In this document: positions 28,505 to 37,559 of the stretch, one piece after another
Layout: each line of letters opens with the position of its first letter
Numbering within the stretch: the stretch's first letter is position 1
DNA from: Terriglobia bacterium
Lineage (GTDB): Bacteria; Acidobacteriota; Terriglobia; Bryobacterales; Bryobacteraceae
DNA length: 64,000 nucleotides
Assembly: GCA_963835255.1 (NCBI GenBank)
Contig: CAWIFY010000022.1
Span: forward strand, 35,784 to 99,783
Reading direction: 5' to 3'
Position numbers and translations under genes: made by a program
The notes under the pieces: model-generated
What the model was told of the DNA's origin: nothing
Seen by the model: the letters and a program-made list of their open reading frames with translations, nothing else
Databases searched by the model: none

Positions 28505-29933
28505 GACTCGCCCCTTTCAGCGTGTCCAGATGGTAAATCGCCACGATGGGAGTGTGAGCGCCCATCAACTCGTACCGGTTCGCTAACTTCGGCAGGATTC
28601 GATGGAGTGTTTGTTGAGGTGATGCTCTTAAGCCCGTGAGCATAATGTAATCGACGCTCTTGCCAGTCTGCCTCTCGAACACCTCCACAGCCTTTTCGAA
28701 ATCGTGCTGCGTAGCGGGAGCCAGATAATTTTCATCGAGGAAATAGCCCGGCCGGAATCGCGTCCAGAATGCATTACGACCTGCCTCGTAATCGCGCAGG
28801 TCCACGATATTCTTATTTGTCAGCAGATCAATCGCGTGCTCTATCGGCGGAACCAGCTCGGTTTCTTCGTTGGAATCCATTTGGCACACAAAGCTGTTCG
28901 GAGAAATTAGGCTACCGAGCTTCATCACCTCTGCCAGCTCGTAATTCGCGGTGCGCCAGCTCGGGAGTCGCGCAATAATCATCCAGAATGCAATCGCAAC
29001 AGTTATCGAGACAATCGCCGGCACCGCACGTAGAGCCAGCGTTAACCCGAGCCAGAGTGCCCACATCAGGTACCCGAAAAGCAGCAGCCTGACTGCCAGA
29101 AACGTACCTTCGCCGATGCGTCCGGGGCTGAATAATCCCAGGATCAGCAACGTAGCTGCTGTGACGAGGAGAATATCGGCATAATCTATTTTCCGCATGC
29201 GTGTTTTCCACGCAAGATTGGCCAGCGAGGCAAGGACCAAGAATAGGAAGAGCGCCCTCGCTGGGCGCGCATCGCCCTCGAAGATATGCAGCGGAGTATC
29301 GGTGTAAAGGGGCCACATAAGGGTCCGGATTGAAACAATCTTGTTCCACTGCACCAGTTCGTTCTGTCTCGCAAAAAGCAAGTCTGGAATCGCGAAGGGA
29401 ACAAAGATAGCCAGCGGCAGCAGCGTTTGATGGGCGGCTCGCCGGCGCTCAGCGGCGGCAAACCAGCCAGGCCACTCTGCGCATATGGTCATCAACGCAA
29501 TCACCAATCCGCAGACTGCCCAACTAATCGGGTGGCACAAATACACCCCAGCAACCGCCAAAAACAGCAGAGCGAGCCTCCTTGCGTTCCAGTGCCCACG
29601 ACATCGCAGGCACATGCCAACGCACACCAACAGGAACGGAACGCCCAGGCTGAAGCTCCAGAATCCCATCTGTAGCGGCCAGTTATAAAGAAACGGCATC
29701 ACTAGCAGCGGAGCAGCCGGATGTGTTTCCCGAATGCTCAGCACGGCGTACTGGAACGCGAGCGCCAAGCCAACTATGCACAGCGTCATCAGCAGCTTTT
29801 CACAAGCTTCAGGCGGCAAGCCGATACTCATCAGCAAGATCGCCAGCCCGTGACCAGCCAGGTTCCCGGCGGTCGGAATGTGCAGCGTGTAAGCCTGCTC
29901 AAAAACCGGAACGCGCCGGTAATTTAGAAACAC
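28476..29933 (-). CDS. polytopic integral membrane protein, unknown function
   Basis: 485-aa ORF with roughly 10 hydrophobic segments and a soluble C-terminal ~120 aa. No family recognised. Confidence 0.5.
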   Translation of the reverse strand: MFLNYRRVPVFEQAYTLHIPTAGNLAGHGLAILLMSIGLPPEACEKLLMTLCIVGLALAFQYAVLSIRETHPAAPLLVMPFLYNWPLQMGFWSFSLGVPFLLVCVGMCLRCRGHWNARRLALLFLAVAGVYLCHPISWAVCGLVIALMTICAEWPGWFAAAERRRAAHQTLLPLAIFVPFAIPDLLFARQNELVQWNKIVSIRTLMWPLYTDTPLHIFEGDARPARALFLFLVLASLANLAWKTRMRKIDYADILLVTAATLLILGLFSPGRIGEGTFLAVRLLLFGYLMWALWLGLTLALRAVPAIVSITVAIAFWMIIARLPSWRTANYELAEVMKLGSLISPNSFVCQMDSNEETELVPPIEHAIDLLTNKNIVDLRDYEAGRNAFWTRFRPGYFLDENYLAPATQHDFEKAVEVFERQTGKSVDYIMLTGLRASPQQTLHRILPKLANRYELMGAHTPIVAIYHLDTLKGASLSPSQPADY

Positions 29934-30202
29934 ATAAGAATTGAACAGGTGGGAGGGCCCGTCCGAAGATGGAAAGTATCGAAAGGCCCAGATCGGAATA
30001 ATTTGTGCGATCAGGAGCAGATAAAAAGCGGCGGTATAGAAAGACCTTCGCCGGGCGGCATGAGTTTGTTCCAGATCTTTCAGAGGTTCTTCGAATTATA
30101 TCCATCCCAAGTAGGAATTTATCTTCCACCTTTACTGACTCGAAGCAATACAGTACGATTCGCAAGAGGTTCCATGTCACCCCTTGCGCTCACTGAGGGA
30201 CT

Positions 30203-30961
30203 TTGAATTCGCTCGTCCGGCTCCGGCCGATCGCTTTCATTGCCGCTTTGCTTCTCACCTGGCAAATTGCTGCTAGCCACCAGTCTGCTCACCTTCTACC
30301 CGGACCGTGGGAAGTCATCGGTGGCATCGCTGACCTGGTTCGCCACGGACTGTTGTTAAAGTACGTAGTTGCGTCGCTGTTCCGGGTCACGTGGGGATTT
30401 GTGCTCGCGGCAGTCTTGGCCATTCCGATCGGACTTACGATCGGATGGTATCCGCGTGCCGAGATGGCCTTTAATCCGATACTTCAGATCCTTCGCCCGA
30501 TTTCTCCGCTGGCCTGGATTCCCATCGCGATCTTGTGGTTCGGCGTAGGCGACCTTGCCGCCATATTTCTCATCTTCGTGGGCTGCTTCCTGCCATTGCT
30601 TCTGACCGCTATCAGTGCGGCTCAGAGTATACCTGCCGTTTATGTGAACGCTGGACGAAATTTCGGCCTCAGTCCAGCGGCCCTGGTCTACCGCGTTTTG
30701 TATCCGGCGGCGATGCCGCAACTCCTCATTGGCTTGCGCATTACATTGGGCATCGCTTGGCTCGTGGTGGTTGCGGCCGAGATGATCGCCGTAAACTCCG
30801 GGTTAGGCTTTCTGATTGTCGATGCGCGCAACGCCGGCAACCGCTACGACCTGGTGGTAGCTGGCATGATCCTGATCGGATTCATCGGCTTGCTACTAGA
30901 TTTGGCCATGCGATCACTCGAGCAACTCAAATCCCTCCGCTGGAACTATTCGGAGGGCTAG
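30203..30961 (+). CDS. ABC transporter permease (nitrate/sulfonate/taurine, SsuC/TauC type)
   Basis: BPD_transp_1 pattern: LRPISPLAWIPIAILWFG, EAA-like loop ..NAGRNFGLSPAALVYRVLYPAAMPQ, and AAEMIAVNSGLGFLI. Confidence 0.9.
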   Translation: MNSLVRLRPIAFIAALLLTWQIAASHQSAHLLPGPWEVIGGIADLVRHGLLLKYVVASLFRVTWGFVLAAVLAIPIGLTIGWYPRAEMAFNPILQILRPISPLAWIPIAILWFGVGDLAAIFLIFVGCFLPLLLTAISAAQSIPAVYVNAGRNFGLSPAALVYRVLYPAAMPQLLIGLRITLGIAWLVVVAAEMIAVNSGLGFLIVDARNAGNRYDLVVAGMILIGFIGLLLDLAMRSLEQLKSLRWNYSEG

Positions 30962-30962
30962 G

Positions 30963-31751
30963 ATGTCGCTAACGGAAGCTGTCCTGACACTCCCAAAAGT
31001 CGATACCAAGTTGCGCGTCGCGCACATCGACATGGCATTCACGCGCGATGGGGAAAGCATCCCTGTTCTGGAAGACATAAGTCTCGAAGTGGCCGATGGT
31101 GAGTTCGTTTGCCTGCTTGGCCCCTCGGGCTGCGGCAAGTCAACGTTGTTAAGTACCCTGGCAGGTTTCCTTTCCCCCACGAGTGGCGAGATACTGATCG
31201 ATGGTCAGCTCGTGCGCGGGCCAGATCCTCGCCGGATCTTCGTCTTCCAGGAGCGCGGAACTTTTCCATGGCTCACGGTTCAAGGGAACGTGGGTTTCGG
31301 TCTAACGAAATTGTCGCGTTCGGAACGCGAGCAGCGCGTCGCGCACTATATCCAAATGGTGGGTCTCGAAGGGTTCGAGAAAGCTTATCCACCCGAGCTT
31401 TCCGGCGGTATGAAGCAGCGACTCGAAGTTGCGCGGGCTCTGGCAGTGAACCCGGACATGCTCTTTCTGGATGAACCCTTTGGAGCGCTTGACTCGATCA
31501 CTCGTCTCGTTATGCGGAGTGAACTGCTGCGCATTTGGGAGGCCGAGCGCAAGACCATCATCTTCGTGACACACGATATAGATGAGGCGGTCCAACTTGC
31601 AGACCGCGTACTCGTTCTGAGCGCCCGCCCGGCAAAGATTCAACAAATCGTGAACATTGACATCCCGCATCCGCGCGATATCAGCTCGCCACGATATCTC
31701 GAGCTGCGCGACGGAATTTTCCAACAGATCGGCCTGGCACACAAGATATGA
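30963..31751 (+). CDS. ABC transporter ATP-binding protein (SsuB/TauB type)
   Basis: Walker A GPSGCGKST, signature LSGGMKQRLEVARAL, Walker B LFLDEPFGALD, and H-loop VTHD. Confidence 0.92.
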   Translation: MSLTEAVLTLPKVDTKLRVAHIDMAFTRDGESIPVLEDISLEVADGEFVCLLGPSGCGKSTLLSTLAGFLSPTSGEILIDGQLVRGPDPRRIFVFQERGTFPWLTVQGNVGFGLTKLSRSEREQRVAHYIQMVGLEGFEKAYPPELSGGMKQRLEVARALAVNPDMLFLDEPFGALDSITRLVMRSELLRIWEAERKTIIFVTHDIDEAVQLADRVLVLSARPAKIQQIVNIDIPHPRDISSPRYLELRDGIFQQIGLAHKI

Positions 31752-32524
31752 ACTCGCTCGGCGTACCGGGAAGGTGGGAAAAGTTCTTCTGGCCGCTTCT
31801 GGCTTCGGCGCTGTTCCTCGCGTTGTGGCATTACTCCGTTGTATGGACCGCTACCAAAGTTTTTCCTTCCCCGCTCGCCGTGGAGAAAGCGATTGCTGAG
31901 TTAGCACGGAAGAGTCTCCTCTGGAGCTACATCGGCGATTCGTTGCGACGTGTCGCCATTGGCTTCGGCGCCGCTACTGTTCTCGGAATACCGCTCGGAT
32001 TAAGCCTCGGTTGGTATCCGGCGGCCAATCGTGTAGTAAATCCGGTGCTGCAATTGCTCCGGCCCATCAGTCCCATCGCCTGGATTCCAGTTGCTATCAT
32101 TTTCTTCGGCGTGGGTGACCGGGCTGCAACTTTCCTGATTTTCCTGGGCGCGTTCTTTCCGATCGTTGTTACCTGCGTGAACGGCGTATCCAGCGTACCC
32201 ACGATGTTTAGACAAGCGGGACGTAACTTCGGCCTCACCGCTCCCCAGCTTCTTGCGAGAGTGATCTTTCCTGCTGCGCTTCAGCAGATCATCGTCGGCT
32301 TGCGCATTGCGCTCGGCATCGCATGGCTGGTGGTTGTTGCCGCGGAGATGATCGCTGTGAATTCCGGCCTTGGATATCTGGTTATCGATTCGCGAAATGC
32401 GGGCAAGCGCTACGACCTTGTGGTGGCGGCCATTCTGTTGATCGGAGTGATTGGGTTGGCTCTCGATCTATGCTTCCGAAGACTCGAAAAAATCAAATCC
32501 GTTCAATGGGGATTCCGCAATTAG
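31748..32524 (+). CDS. second ABC transporter permease (paralog of 30203..30961)
   Basis: Same motifs as the first permease (LRPISPIAWIPVAIIFFG; AAEMIAVNSGLGYLVI). Its start overlaps the ATPase stop. Confidence 0.9.
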   Translation: MNSLGVPGRWEKFFWPLLASALFLALWHYSVVWTATKVFPSPLAVEKAIAELARKSLLWSYIGDSLRRVAIGFGAATVLGIPLGLSLGWYPAANRVVNPVLQLLRPISPIAWIPVAIIFFGVGDRAATFLIFLGAFFPIVVTCVNGVSSVPTMFRQAGRNFGLTAPQLLARVIFPAALQQIIVGLRIALGIAWLVVVAAEMIAVNSGLGYLVIDSRNAGKRYDLVVAAILLIGVIGLALDLCFRRLEKIKSVQWGFRN

Positions 32525-33578
32525 TCTCAGAAGCAAAATTCTGTTAGTAGCCGTCGGATGGCTCGCGCTCATCTCGGCGTTGCATGGTTACCTGAACGTG
32601 AATTGGGCGGCCGTTCTCAACGATTATCGCCCGCCCGCGAAACGAAAAATTACGGTTGCCTACATCCCCGTCACGTGCCAGCTTACCTGCCCGGTGACGG
32701 ACTACATCTCGAAATTCTCAGAAAGCGGCGAGCTATTTCTGCCCCGCATGTTTCAGGGCTTCCCCGAAATGAAGGAAGCTATCATCTCTAATAAAGTGCA
32801 GGCCGCGTTCATCGTCGCTCCGATGGCGATCGCGCTCAAGGCGCAGGGTGTTCCTATAAAGGTTGTTTATCTTGGCCACCGTTACGGCAGCGCGGTGGTT
32901 GTCCGGAAGGACGGCCCAATCAAAACGTTCGCCGATATGCGAGGCCGCACGGTAGCGATTCCGACTCGTTTTTCTGACGAGAGATTAATGCTCTTTCGTG
33001 CCATGAAGATCTGGGGCATCAAGCCGGGCGAGATCAACATGGTCGAGATGGCGCCTCCGGATGTTTCGGGCGCCCTTGCTGCTGGGGCTATCGACGCGTT
33101 TTCAATGGGCGAGCCATTTCCCTCGCAGGCAGAACTAGCGGGCTACGGTCGAGTTCTCTTTCAAGCACGCGAATACTGGCCTGACTACATGTCATGTATT
33201 CTGATCGTTCGCCAGGACTTGATCGATTCTCGTCCGGACGTCGTGCAGGTCTTGGTGGATGGCATTGCGCGATCGGGTCTCTGGCTAGACAAGAGCAAAC
33301 CTCATCGAGAAAATGCAGCTGATTTCGTGGGCCGTTTCTATTACCATCAAAGGCCTGCCCTGCTGCGGTTCGCGCTCACGCATCCCATGGACCGGGTGAT
33401 GTATAGCCCACTTGCACCGCGAAAGCGTGATTTCGATCTAGTTCGAGACATGATGATGGAAACGGGCGTCCTGGACAAGAAAATCGAGTTCAATGAGTAC
33501 ACGGATACGCGGTTTTCAGATAAAGCGAGCATTCAGACTGCGTGGAGATATGAGGCGGGAATTGCGGCGGCCAGATAG
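32451..33578 (+). CDS. ABC transporter substrate-binding protein (NMT1/SsuA-like), membrane-anchored
   Basis: N-terminal TM anchor ILLVAVGWLALISAL, then an NMT1-like fold (ITVAYIPVT...VVYLGHRYGSAVVVRKD...GRTVAIP). The start is uncertain. The only in-frame start is TTG 32451, which overlaps the permease by 74 nt. Confidence 0.75.
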   Translation: MGWLSIYASEDSKKSNPFNGDSAISLRSKILLVAVGWLALISALHGYLNVNWAAVLNDYRPPAKRKITVAYIPVTCQLTCPVTDYISKFSESGELFLPRMFQGFPEMKEAIISNKVQAAFIVAPMAIALKAQGVPIKVVYLGHRYGSAVVVRKDGPIKTFADMRGRTVAIPTRFSDERLMLFRAMKIWGIKPGEINMVEMAPPDVSGALAAGAIDAFSMGEPFPSQAELAGYGRVLFQAREYWPDYMSCILIVRQDLIDSRPDVVQVLVDGIARSGLWLDKSKPHRENAADFVGRFYYHQRPALLRFALTHPMDRVMYSPLAPRKRDFDLVRDMMMETGVLDKKIEFNEYTDTRFSDKASIQTAWRYEAGIAAAR

Positions 33579-33583
33579 AGGTG

Positions 33584-33610
33584 GAATTGCAGGGCAGCAG
33601 GCCGCAATTC
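33584..33610. terminator. hairpin between convergent genes (weak terminator candidate)
   Basis: GAATTGC (33584..33590) pairs with GCAATTC (33604..33610), and there is an inner GGC/GCC pairing. It sits between the SBP stop and the DUF3179 stop. No adjacent U-tract. Confidence 0.25.
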
Positions 33611-33632
33611 AGCGATTTGAGACCACGGTTAT

Positions 33633-34916
33633 TTATCGAATTTTTTGTTTGACTCCGTAAACGGTGGTCTCCACGTTGTAGTTCCGCCAGTCGAACCAGT
33701 AGTCCTTGATGACGTCGACGTGATTCAGGCAAAGCCCTTTTGATTGTCCAGCAACTGCGCATCCTTGGAAATCCCATTGACTGCCCGTCTGCGCATCCAT
33801 GAGCAGCGCGCCGGATCGCAGCTCATCTGGCCGTGTATCGGTTGGATTGTCAATAATCCGGTAAAACTGCGGCGTGCCCTCTACCCCGGGAATACGCTCC
33901 CGGAAGGCGCGCACGGAACGATTATCACCACCCACGACGAGCAGAATCGGCTCTGTTCCAACGCGATCTTGAATCAGCTTCTCTCTTAAAACAGCCCCGT
34001 AAGGGAAAGCGCGGCTTGCCCCAAAAGCGTGGATCCCGAGCATCAGATCGCGCGGCTTGAGTCCAGCCTGGGCGTAGCTCACAACGGTAGGAGCTTTCGC
34101 CATTCTTACATCCCAATTCTTGGGAGCGTACTCGTGTCTAAAGCGGATAACATCGTCAAGTACCGTGCCATTAGGCTGCTCCATTTTCCAGAGCGAAAAA
34201 GTAAGTTCATCCGCGGAGACCAGCGGCAGACGACGCCCCGCAAGCGGTCCAGAAATTGCAATACCGGTTATCTGTTGCCAGTAAGTTCCGGTCTGCTCAT
34301 CGCGCATCAAGAAATTCTGGTTATTGATGCCAGCGAGATGAAAACGTAGTTGCATTCCATCGATAGTTCTTTGAAACACCAGACCGGTGTGACAGAGCGT
34401 TCAATAAGTCGCTATGATAGAGACCCCGCCAAGCACGTCGTTGATTATATGGTGATACGACATGCTCCGGATTGGATAAGCTCTCGCTGCTCGGCCCATA
34501 TGGACCGCAATTACCTCCTCGCCGCCGTCCAATTTCGCTTTGGAAGAGGGAGAGAAAGCGGGACCATCCAAGGGATGAAACATGAGCTCATAGATATTCA
34601 CGCGCGACAAGATGCCGAAAACAACAACCAGCAGAGCACATACTGAAGCTGCTACTTTACTCCCCATACGATGGTTTTGCCGCCAGGAGAAGACTAGCAA
34701 CGCGAATGCAGCGGCGACGAAAATAATCTGAAGAAAGGGCCGGATGCGCATCACGGTTAACGCGAGAGCCAGTTCACCTCGGCCCTGATATCGAAACGGG
34801 CGAATAACATACAGTGGATAGGCGAGCACGAGGAACGAAAGCAGGACGCAGATAGTCAGCCAGAGAAGCGGTTTACAGACCAATCTCCTATTCGTCGAAA
34901 GCATGGTTCCCTCCAC
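33633..34916 (-). CDS. membrane-anchored DUF3179-family protein with in-frame TGA (candidate selenocysteine) at 34401..34403
   Basis: ORFs 34401..34916 and 33633..34379 are in the same frame and are separated only by one TGA. Read through, the sequence is ..ARAYPIRSMSYHHIINDVLGGVSIIATY-[TGA]-TLCHTGLVFQRTIDGMQLRF..MRDEQTGTYWQQITG.., which matches the DUF3179 core (..ARAYP...H.v.ND..GG.P..vTYCPLC.tg.vF.R...G..l.F...D.eT.S.W.Q.tG). Confidence 0.6.
34376..34390 (-). promoter_or_regulatory. SECIS-like stem-loop downstream of the in-frame UGA
   Basis: The mRNA reads UGA ACGCUCUGUC ACACC-GGUCU-GGUGU. That is a 5-bp stem starting 11 nt after the UGA, with an apical loop beginning GG. Outer UG/CA pairs are possible. 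It resembles the E. coli fdhF SECIS apex (GGUC loop) in position and frame. Confidence 0.4.
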
Positions 34917-35040
34917 TGTGCGCGATCAGCTCACGCCTCTGAGCGAGTATGACAGCAATCCGAGAACCTGCCATCGACCGAAAGTTCGGTTCAAGGCTAC
35001 CCCGTGCACCAGGATTCCTACGCGCTAATTCTCTGTTTTT

Positions 35041-35065
35041 TGGCGGTGAGGGTGGGATTCGAACC
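35041..35065. repeat. 25-bp direct repeat of the tRNA-Ser 3' end (distal att site of island 1)
   Basis: TGGCGGTGAGGGTGGGATTCGAACC is identical to 42781..42805. The flanking sequence cannot form a T-stem, so this is a fragment and not a tRNA gene. Confidence 0.8.
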
Positions 35066-35550
35066 ATGAAGCGCCTAGCATGCTCTGTAACTTGTAGATC
35101 GCACGTTGCTGCTAATGCCAGAATCGCCATCAATTTCAAGAACCATTGCCCGATATTGCCCGGTGATCGGTTCTGGTTCCCCAGCCTGCCCTGCTCGCGC
35201 AAGCCGAAAAGCAGTTTAGCCGCCTGAAGTGCCCAGGATCAAAGACACCAAAGAGTCGCAACCAGTTCAGCCGGATTTTTCTTCAGAAAACTAGGAGAAT
35301 TCTCACAGCCCGAGCTCACTATTTTTCTGACCGATGCGCAACAGCATCGCTCAGAAGGTGCAGAATGTGTCCTTGTAGTGCGCGGTTCTGCCGAAAATGC
35401 TAGGATGCTCACGGGCTGGCCGGCATCGGGAAACCTGTGTCGTCCTGCCTAGAATGCGCCACAGCGTTTAAATGCGACTTAAGAGGGGTTGAAGTGCGGC
35501 TACTTGCGCTTCGCTTCTGCTGAGTGCCTTTCCATTCGATTATGAGGGGA

Positions 35551-35880
35551 TTATCCGTCGCGTTCCTTCTCACGTTGCTCGGTGCGGTATTCGTGAATCA
35601 CGCGGTCTACGTATTCCATCTTCTCTTCCTCGGTCATGCGGTCGGGGTCAAGTCCCTCGGCTTGCAGGCGGGCGCGGAACCGGGCCTCGCCGTAGGCGCG
35701 TAAGTGTTCCCATGATGCCCGCCGCTCCCGGCTCTGCCGCATCAGTTCGTCCGTGGCCTTCTGGCCGATATACTTGGGCAGCACTTCCGCCGCAGGCCGC
35801 GCCCGCTTCATGTCTTCCGCCGTGCATTCGGGGTTGTCCTCGTCAATGCGTTCGGGGTCGGGGGTTTCGGTGTCGCTCAT
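35551..35880 (-). CDS. hypothetical protein (BrnA-antitoxin-like N-terminal motif)
   Basis: 109 aa and acidic. DEDNPECTAEDMKRARPAAEVLP resembles the NPExT.EDF.RA.P motif of BrnA-family proteins. It is the third gene of the DUF433/PIN-like operon. Confidence 0.45.
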   Translation of the reverse strand: MSDTETPDPERIDEDNPECTAEDMKRARPAAEVLPKYIGQKATDELMRQSRERRASWEHLRAYGEARFRARLQAEGLDPDRMTEEEKMEYVDRVIHEYRTEQREKERDG

Positions 35881-36283
35881 ACCCGTATCTTCCTCCTGGC
35901 CGGGTTCGCGGAGGGCAGACGAAAGGGGCTAGAGCCGCCGTCCCTTTCGCGGCTTCCGGGGGTAATGGCATCTCGATAAAGCCATAGCTTCCTGGCGTTG
36001 CCGCATCGACGGCTGACGCTATCTCGGCCTCGTGTTGCTGCAAAAGCCGCCAAATGTTGGAGCCGAGGGCGACCAAGGCCAACTTCCGGCCCGTGAGGTT
36101 CTGTTGGTAGCGAATGTTCTGGTCAGCCGTAACCATAACGTCAAACCCTGCTTGTTCCGCATTCAGAAGCTCGCGGTTTTTCAATCGCTCCGGCCACTGC
36201 ATTTGGGCGACCGTGCGAACTTCATGTTCCGGCAGGAAGCGGCGTACAGGGACAGGGACGTTTTTATCGAAGAGGATGCGCAA
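35843..36283 (-). CDS. DUF5615-like PIN-fold putative toxin
   Basis: MRILFDKNVPVPVRRFLPEHEV...GFDVMVTADQNIRYQQNL is the Mut7-C/DUF5615 pattern. Its start overlaps the DUF433 gene. Confidence 0.65.
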   Translation of the reverse strand: MRILFDKNVPVPVRRFLPEHEVRTVAQMQWPERLKNRELLNAEQAGFDVMVTADQNIRYQQNLTGRKLALVALGSNIWRLLQQHEAEIASAVDAATPGSYGFIEMPLPPEAAKGTAALAPFVCPPRTRPGGRYGYERHRNPRPRTH

Positions 36284-36695
36284 CGCGGTGGCTCTTTACG
36301 TAGGTCAACACCGCCTCGACGCGCTCCAGCGAAATTTCAAACAGTTTCGCGATTTCCGCCGCGCTCTCTCCGTAGTCGGCATTATCGACAATGGCACTCA
36401 CCGGCATACGGGTGCCGCGCAGCACCGGAGCGCCGCTTTGGATTTCAGGGTCGATTTCGACGAGCGGACACTGTGACCAGTCGATTTTCCCTTTGCCACG
36501 GCTCCACCATTTGCCGGCCTGCGCCTCGCCCGAGAGTTTTTGGCGGCGCTCCCGCAGACGGCGTTCCATCGCATCGCTTACCAGTTCGTCCAACGTGATA
36601 TGTTCCTGCTGCGCCACTTCCGCCGCCCGCGCAAGGAGCTCCGGGGGGACGGAAGCATGCAGGTTTTTTTCGGGATTGGTCACGTTGCTGCTCAT
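36264..36695 (-). CDS. DUF433-domain putative antitoxin with N-terminal RHH-like extension
   Basis: PEIQSGAPVLRGTRMPVSAIVDNADYGESAAEIAKLFEISLERVEAVLTY is the DUF433 core. It pairs with the downstream PIN-like gene. Confidence 0.7.
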   Translation of the reverse strand: MSSNVTNPEKNLHASVPPELLARAAEVAQQEHITLDELVSDAMERRLRERRQKLSGEAQAGKWWSRGKGKIDWSQCPLVEIDPEIQSGAPVLRGTRMPVSAIVDNADYGESAAEIAKLFEISLERVEAVLTYVKSHRVAHPLR

Positions 36696-36847
36696 TTCTC
36701 TATTTTCGCTGCCGCGAGACTAGCAGAACATCCCGGTTCGGTAAAGCCGGATGCGCCGCCCCGGCTTCGCTTCTCCTGATCGGCGGTTCCGTCCGTTCAA
36801 ACCGCATTCCTGAGAGTGGGGCGGAATACCTCAAAGCGACTGTCAAG

Positions 36848-36912
36848 TTTGGGCAGCGTTACTGCCAACTTCTCTCAGTAAACTGCCAAAAATCGCTTGC
36901 AAACTTGGCAGT
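36848..36912. promoter_or_regulatory. iteron/operator-like ACTGCCAA repeats upstream of ORF 36961
   Basis: ACTGCCAA occurs at 36861..36868 and 36882..36889 (21-bp spacing) and inverted as TTGGCAGT at 36905..36912. There is also an imperfect TTTGGGCAG at 36848..36856. Confidence 0.45.
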
Positions 36913-36960
36913 ATTGGTGCAAGTTTCCTGTCACTTTACTGACAAAAAAAGGCAACGAAA

Positions 36961-37518
36961 ATGGCAGAAGACTTCCAAGAAGGCAAGGAGGAAACGGCAG
37001 TTCTCAAACGATGGGGATTTCCGATCTACGAAACGAATCCCAGCGTAGGCGCATTCCCAGTAAGAATCAAGCGCTCGAATATGAAAGCCGAACTCAGCGT
37101 TTACATGGTCGCTCCCAGTTCAGGTGATGTGATCGGCCGCGGCGCTTTCGGTTTCGTGGAAGAGAAGCAAGTGGACGGTGAAGAGTTCGTCAAGATCTAC
37201 CTTGATGGCGTGCGCAAGTATGGCGAGGTGAAAAAAGCCGGCGCATTGCTATTCGAGTTTGTCTACTGGGAACTCAGCGGCAAAGATGCGAAGGATAAGG
37301 ACACGGTGGTGCTTAATTACCTGCTAGCTAACCGATGGAAGCAAGACCTCACCGAGCACACCTATTTTAGGTGTAACGTGCGATTCATGTTCAACGATGA
37401 TCGCCTGATTCTTGGCAAGAGTTACCGGCGGCGGCGACCGCAGGAGATGATGCAGGAAGAATTGCCGCTGTTGGAGGGTATGCGAGCACTTCCGGCTCCC
37501 ACGGATAGGCAGACATAA
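36961..37518 (+). CDS. hypothetical protein, possible RepL-like/wHTH DNA-binding protein
   Basis: 185 aa. The segment EEFVKIYLDGVRKYGEVKKAGALLFEFVYWELSG parallels the NFVKAYI..L..L..GGKKLKIVNYIL region of RepL-type replication/maintenance proteins. This is a weak by-eye similarity only. Confidence 0.4.
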   Translation: MAEDFQEGKEETAVLKRWGFPIYETNPSVGAFPVRIKRSNMKAELSVYMVAPSSGDVIGRGAFGFVEEKQVDGEEFVKIYLDGVRKYGEVKKAGALLFEFVYWELSGKDAKDKDTVVLNYLLANRWKQDLTEHTYFRCNVRFMFNDDRLILGKSYRRRRPQEMMQEELPLLEGMRALPAPTDRQT

Positions 37519-37559
37519 AGACGCGCCATATTGGAGTATTCTGGGCAGCTTCTGCTAGT

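Noticed and set aside
35041-35130. Apparent second tRNA gene (TGGCGGTGAGGGTGGGATTCGAACC...)
   Set aside because: Only 25 nt match the tRNA-Ser 3' end. The adjacent bases cannot form the T-stem, anticodon arm or D arm. I treat it as an att remnant.
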